Source: Geosiphon pyriformis uo1 (lineage: Eukaryota; Fungi; Glomeromycota). From it: DNA of 64,000 nucleotides. Made by a program: the position numbers and the translations under genes. The number at the start of each line of letters is the position of its first letter. Position 1 is the first letter of the stretch. Below are positions 61,701 to 64,000 of this stretch, piece by piece. Below the pieces are notes generated by a model. That model saw only the letters and a list, made by a program, of their open reading frames with translations, did no database searches and was not told the origin of the DNA. The stretch spans positions 1-64,000 of the forward strand of contig JAAOMT010000657.1 in assembly GCA_016748015.1 (NCBI GenBank), given 5' to 3'.

Positions 61701-64000
61701 AAACCTAAGAGCATGGAGTGACGACAGCCAGAGCAAACCAACCGCTGAATGGAGTTGGGAAGAAAAAGGAAAAGGGAAGGAACAAGAAAAAGAGCCGACA
61801 TTAGCCAACGAGTCAACTTATGTCCCATACAGTTGCCAACCACCAGTTCAATACTGTTGACCCAAGCTAGTATGTGTCGATTGTAGCAAAAAATTGTCAT
61901 CAATGGGCGCATATTGCAACAAAAATGAGGAATAGTCCACTGCAACCAAATACTACTGTCACCCATGCATCTTTGAATGCGATGGATGACCACCAAAAAT
62001 AAAAAAATAAGACAGCATCTTGTGTTTAGCTTGTAAAGATACTCTCTTAGATGAAGAGATGTGAAAAGACATTCTTGAAAGAGGAGGAGCATGTGACGAG
62101 ACATGCCAATACACAATCCTGATTAACAACTGGGTACAAAAGGGAACACCCATCGACAATGCCTAGAAATAAGCATTAAGACGCCTGGAAAAATACCCAC
62201 ACAATGAAGATGAAATCTGGAGAATGGCATATGCTATGTTAGAAGACGCCACAACAGAGGAGCTGAGAGAAATTAAAAACAATTCACTATCTCTACCTGA
62301 GCCTGAATATGTCCAAACTTTCAATGCCTTTAGTGACATTGAAGACGATCCAGAGAAATTTCATGAGCACTACCAACAATTAGCATCCACAAAAAAGGAA
62401 CAGAAGCAATGCTTAGAAGAGATAAACACCTGACTATGTGACCACTGTTTGATCTCATGTGACTTCCAGTATTGTGATAAGTGTAACCTCATCTACAATC
62501 CACCACTACGCATGATCTACACGATCCCAGAAGAAAAAGAACCAATCAACAGCTGTGCATCAGAATCAGAATTGCTGATCAATCGTGCTTCAAACTCCGA
62601 TGATGATGACAATAACAACAGTTCGAGCTCTGGTCAAGATGGCAATGACAATGACAACAGTATAAACTCAGATTCAAACTCTGATTCAGGCCCCGAACAA
62701 TATATTACACTCCCTGACCTCACCAAAAACCAAGAACTTAAATGGTTTAGTGATAATAACGAAGGTATCATGTCAGAACGAGTGCATAATACTGATGCAG
62801 AGTTTAATCTAAGGTATTCAGAAAAAGATGCCATCAAATTGGAACCACATTCACACATCTGCCTTGATTTGAAAATAGTGCTGGAAATTCCAGCAACAAC
62901 AATGGTTCAATTAGCATCTAGAAATAGTTTAGTGAAAAGAGGGATTAATATAAGAGAAGGAATAATTGATGTGAGATATATAGGAAATATTATCGCTATG
63001 CTACAAAATGACTCAGAAAAGACCTATATAATAGAGTCCAACAAAAAGATAGCACAGGCAATATTCCTGTCTCTGGTTAGAGTAGCTCAGTTAGTATCAG
63101 TGGGAAAGAAGGAGGAATTAGGAATAACAGCGAAAAGAATACAGGGATTTGAATCAACAGGTAGAATAGATATGCCAGTCAATATGGCAGAAGAAAAAAT
63201 TGTTGGCCAAGGAGAAATTATCTCAACTGGTCAAGCAATTTCCATTCCATCATATGACCAGTACATGATAACAATAGAGAGGAAGGTAAAAGACCAAGCA
63301 CAAATTTTTGAAGCAGAAGCAAGTCTTTGTGAATCAGGAGAAGTTGGACTCATCAATCTCCACATACCAGTCAAGAACTATAACCACATCAAAATTTCCA
63401 TTTACAACAACACTGGAAATATTGTCAATATACTGGAAAGAACTATCATCAGATATTTGACCATAGAAATAGAGAATCAATCACTAAACACCATTCCAGA
63501 CTTTCCACAGCTTTGTGAATATGTCAATATCACATCACAAACAATATATGGACAAAGCAAATGTTATTTGTTCCAACCAGAACAGTTGGAACAAATGAAC
63601 ATAGGAAACTTAGATTCACTCCAACGTATGTAACTTAAGATGTTGCTCAATAATTTCAACGACATCTTTGCCAGTGAAAACAAATTTGGCCGAACTGACA
63701 TCATCCAGCATCAGATCAAGACTGGAGATACAATGCCAATTAAACAAAGAGCATACAGAGTACTACCAGCCAGCCATAAGATTATCCATCAAGAGATAAA
63801 CCGAATGCTTGACAATGGGCTAATTCAGCCATCAATAAGCTTATGGTCATCACCAGTGGTACTCGTCTGAAAAAAGAATGAGAAAATTCACTTTTGTGTA
63901 GATTATAGAAAACTCAATGGAGTAACTTGTAGAGATAGCTACCTCATGCCATGAATCCAAGAATTATTCAATGCTTTTGGTGGAAACAAATGGTTTTCAA
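58762..64000 (+). pseudogene. ORF1 of H (gag-PR-Cys-dUTPase-pseudo-dUTPase-RT start)
   Basis: ORFs 58762-59052, 59950-60381, 60853-61236, 62449-63633 (dUTPase), 63640-63870. Confidence 0.9.

Larger units (their letters stand above)
57802..64000 (+). mobile_element. E-family LTR retrotransposon H (continues beyond the window)
   Basis: 5' LTR 57802-58699, PBS at 58702, gag, PR (ILDSGSAGS), Cys-rich region, dUTPase, start of RT. Confidence 0.93.

Overview
AT-rich eukaryotic DNA, probably from a fungus; the repeat proteins recall Glomeromycotina such as Geosiphon, but that is from memory and unverified. The window is almost entirely a nest of decayed Ty3/Gypsy (Metaviridae-like) LTR retrotransposons, with no recognisable host gene, RNA gene or CRISPR array. 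I resolve eight elements: A 1-7774 (-), B 7775-~14657 (+), C 15362-30146 (-), D 16219-25830 (-, inside C's 3' LTR), E 31054-41161 (+, full length), F 41400-52243 (+), G 52244-57801 (-, inside F's 3' LTR) and H 57802-end (+, inside G's protease). There are also two solo LTRs (45455-46438, 55209-55900), two older fragments and one Nextera-adapter assembly artefact (16742-17237). The elements have TGTTA...TAACA termini, and 4-bp TSDs wherever both ends are visible. Their shared layout is unusual: (i) ORF1 = N-terminal extension, Gag/CCHC, protease, Cys-rich domain, dUTPase plus a degenerate second dUTPase fold (both absent in the B family), RT and RNase H, apparently GUG-initiated in most families; (ii) a stop after RNase H and a stand-alone integrase ORF with its own ATG and a Ginger1/GIN1-like N-terminus; (iii) a non-env ORF3 running up to the PPT, whose sequence type co-varies with a family-specific tandem-repeat array in U3. 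Decay is dominated by C>T/G>A transitions.
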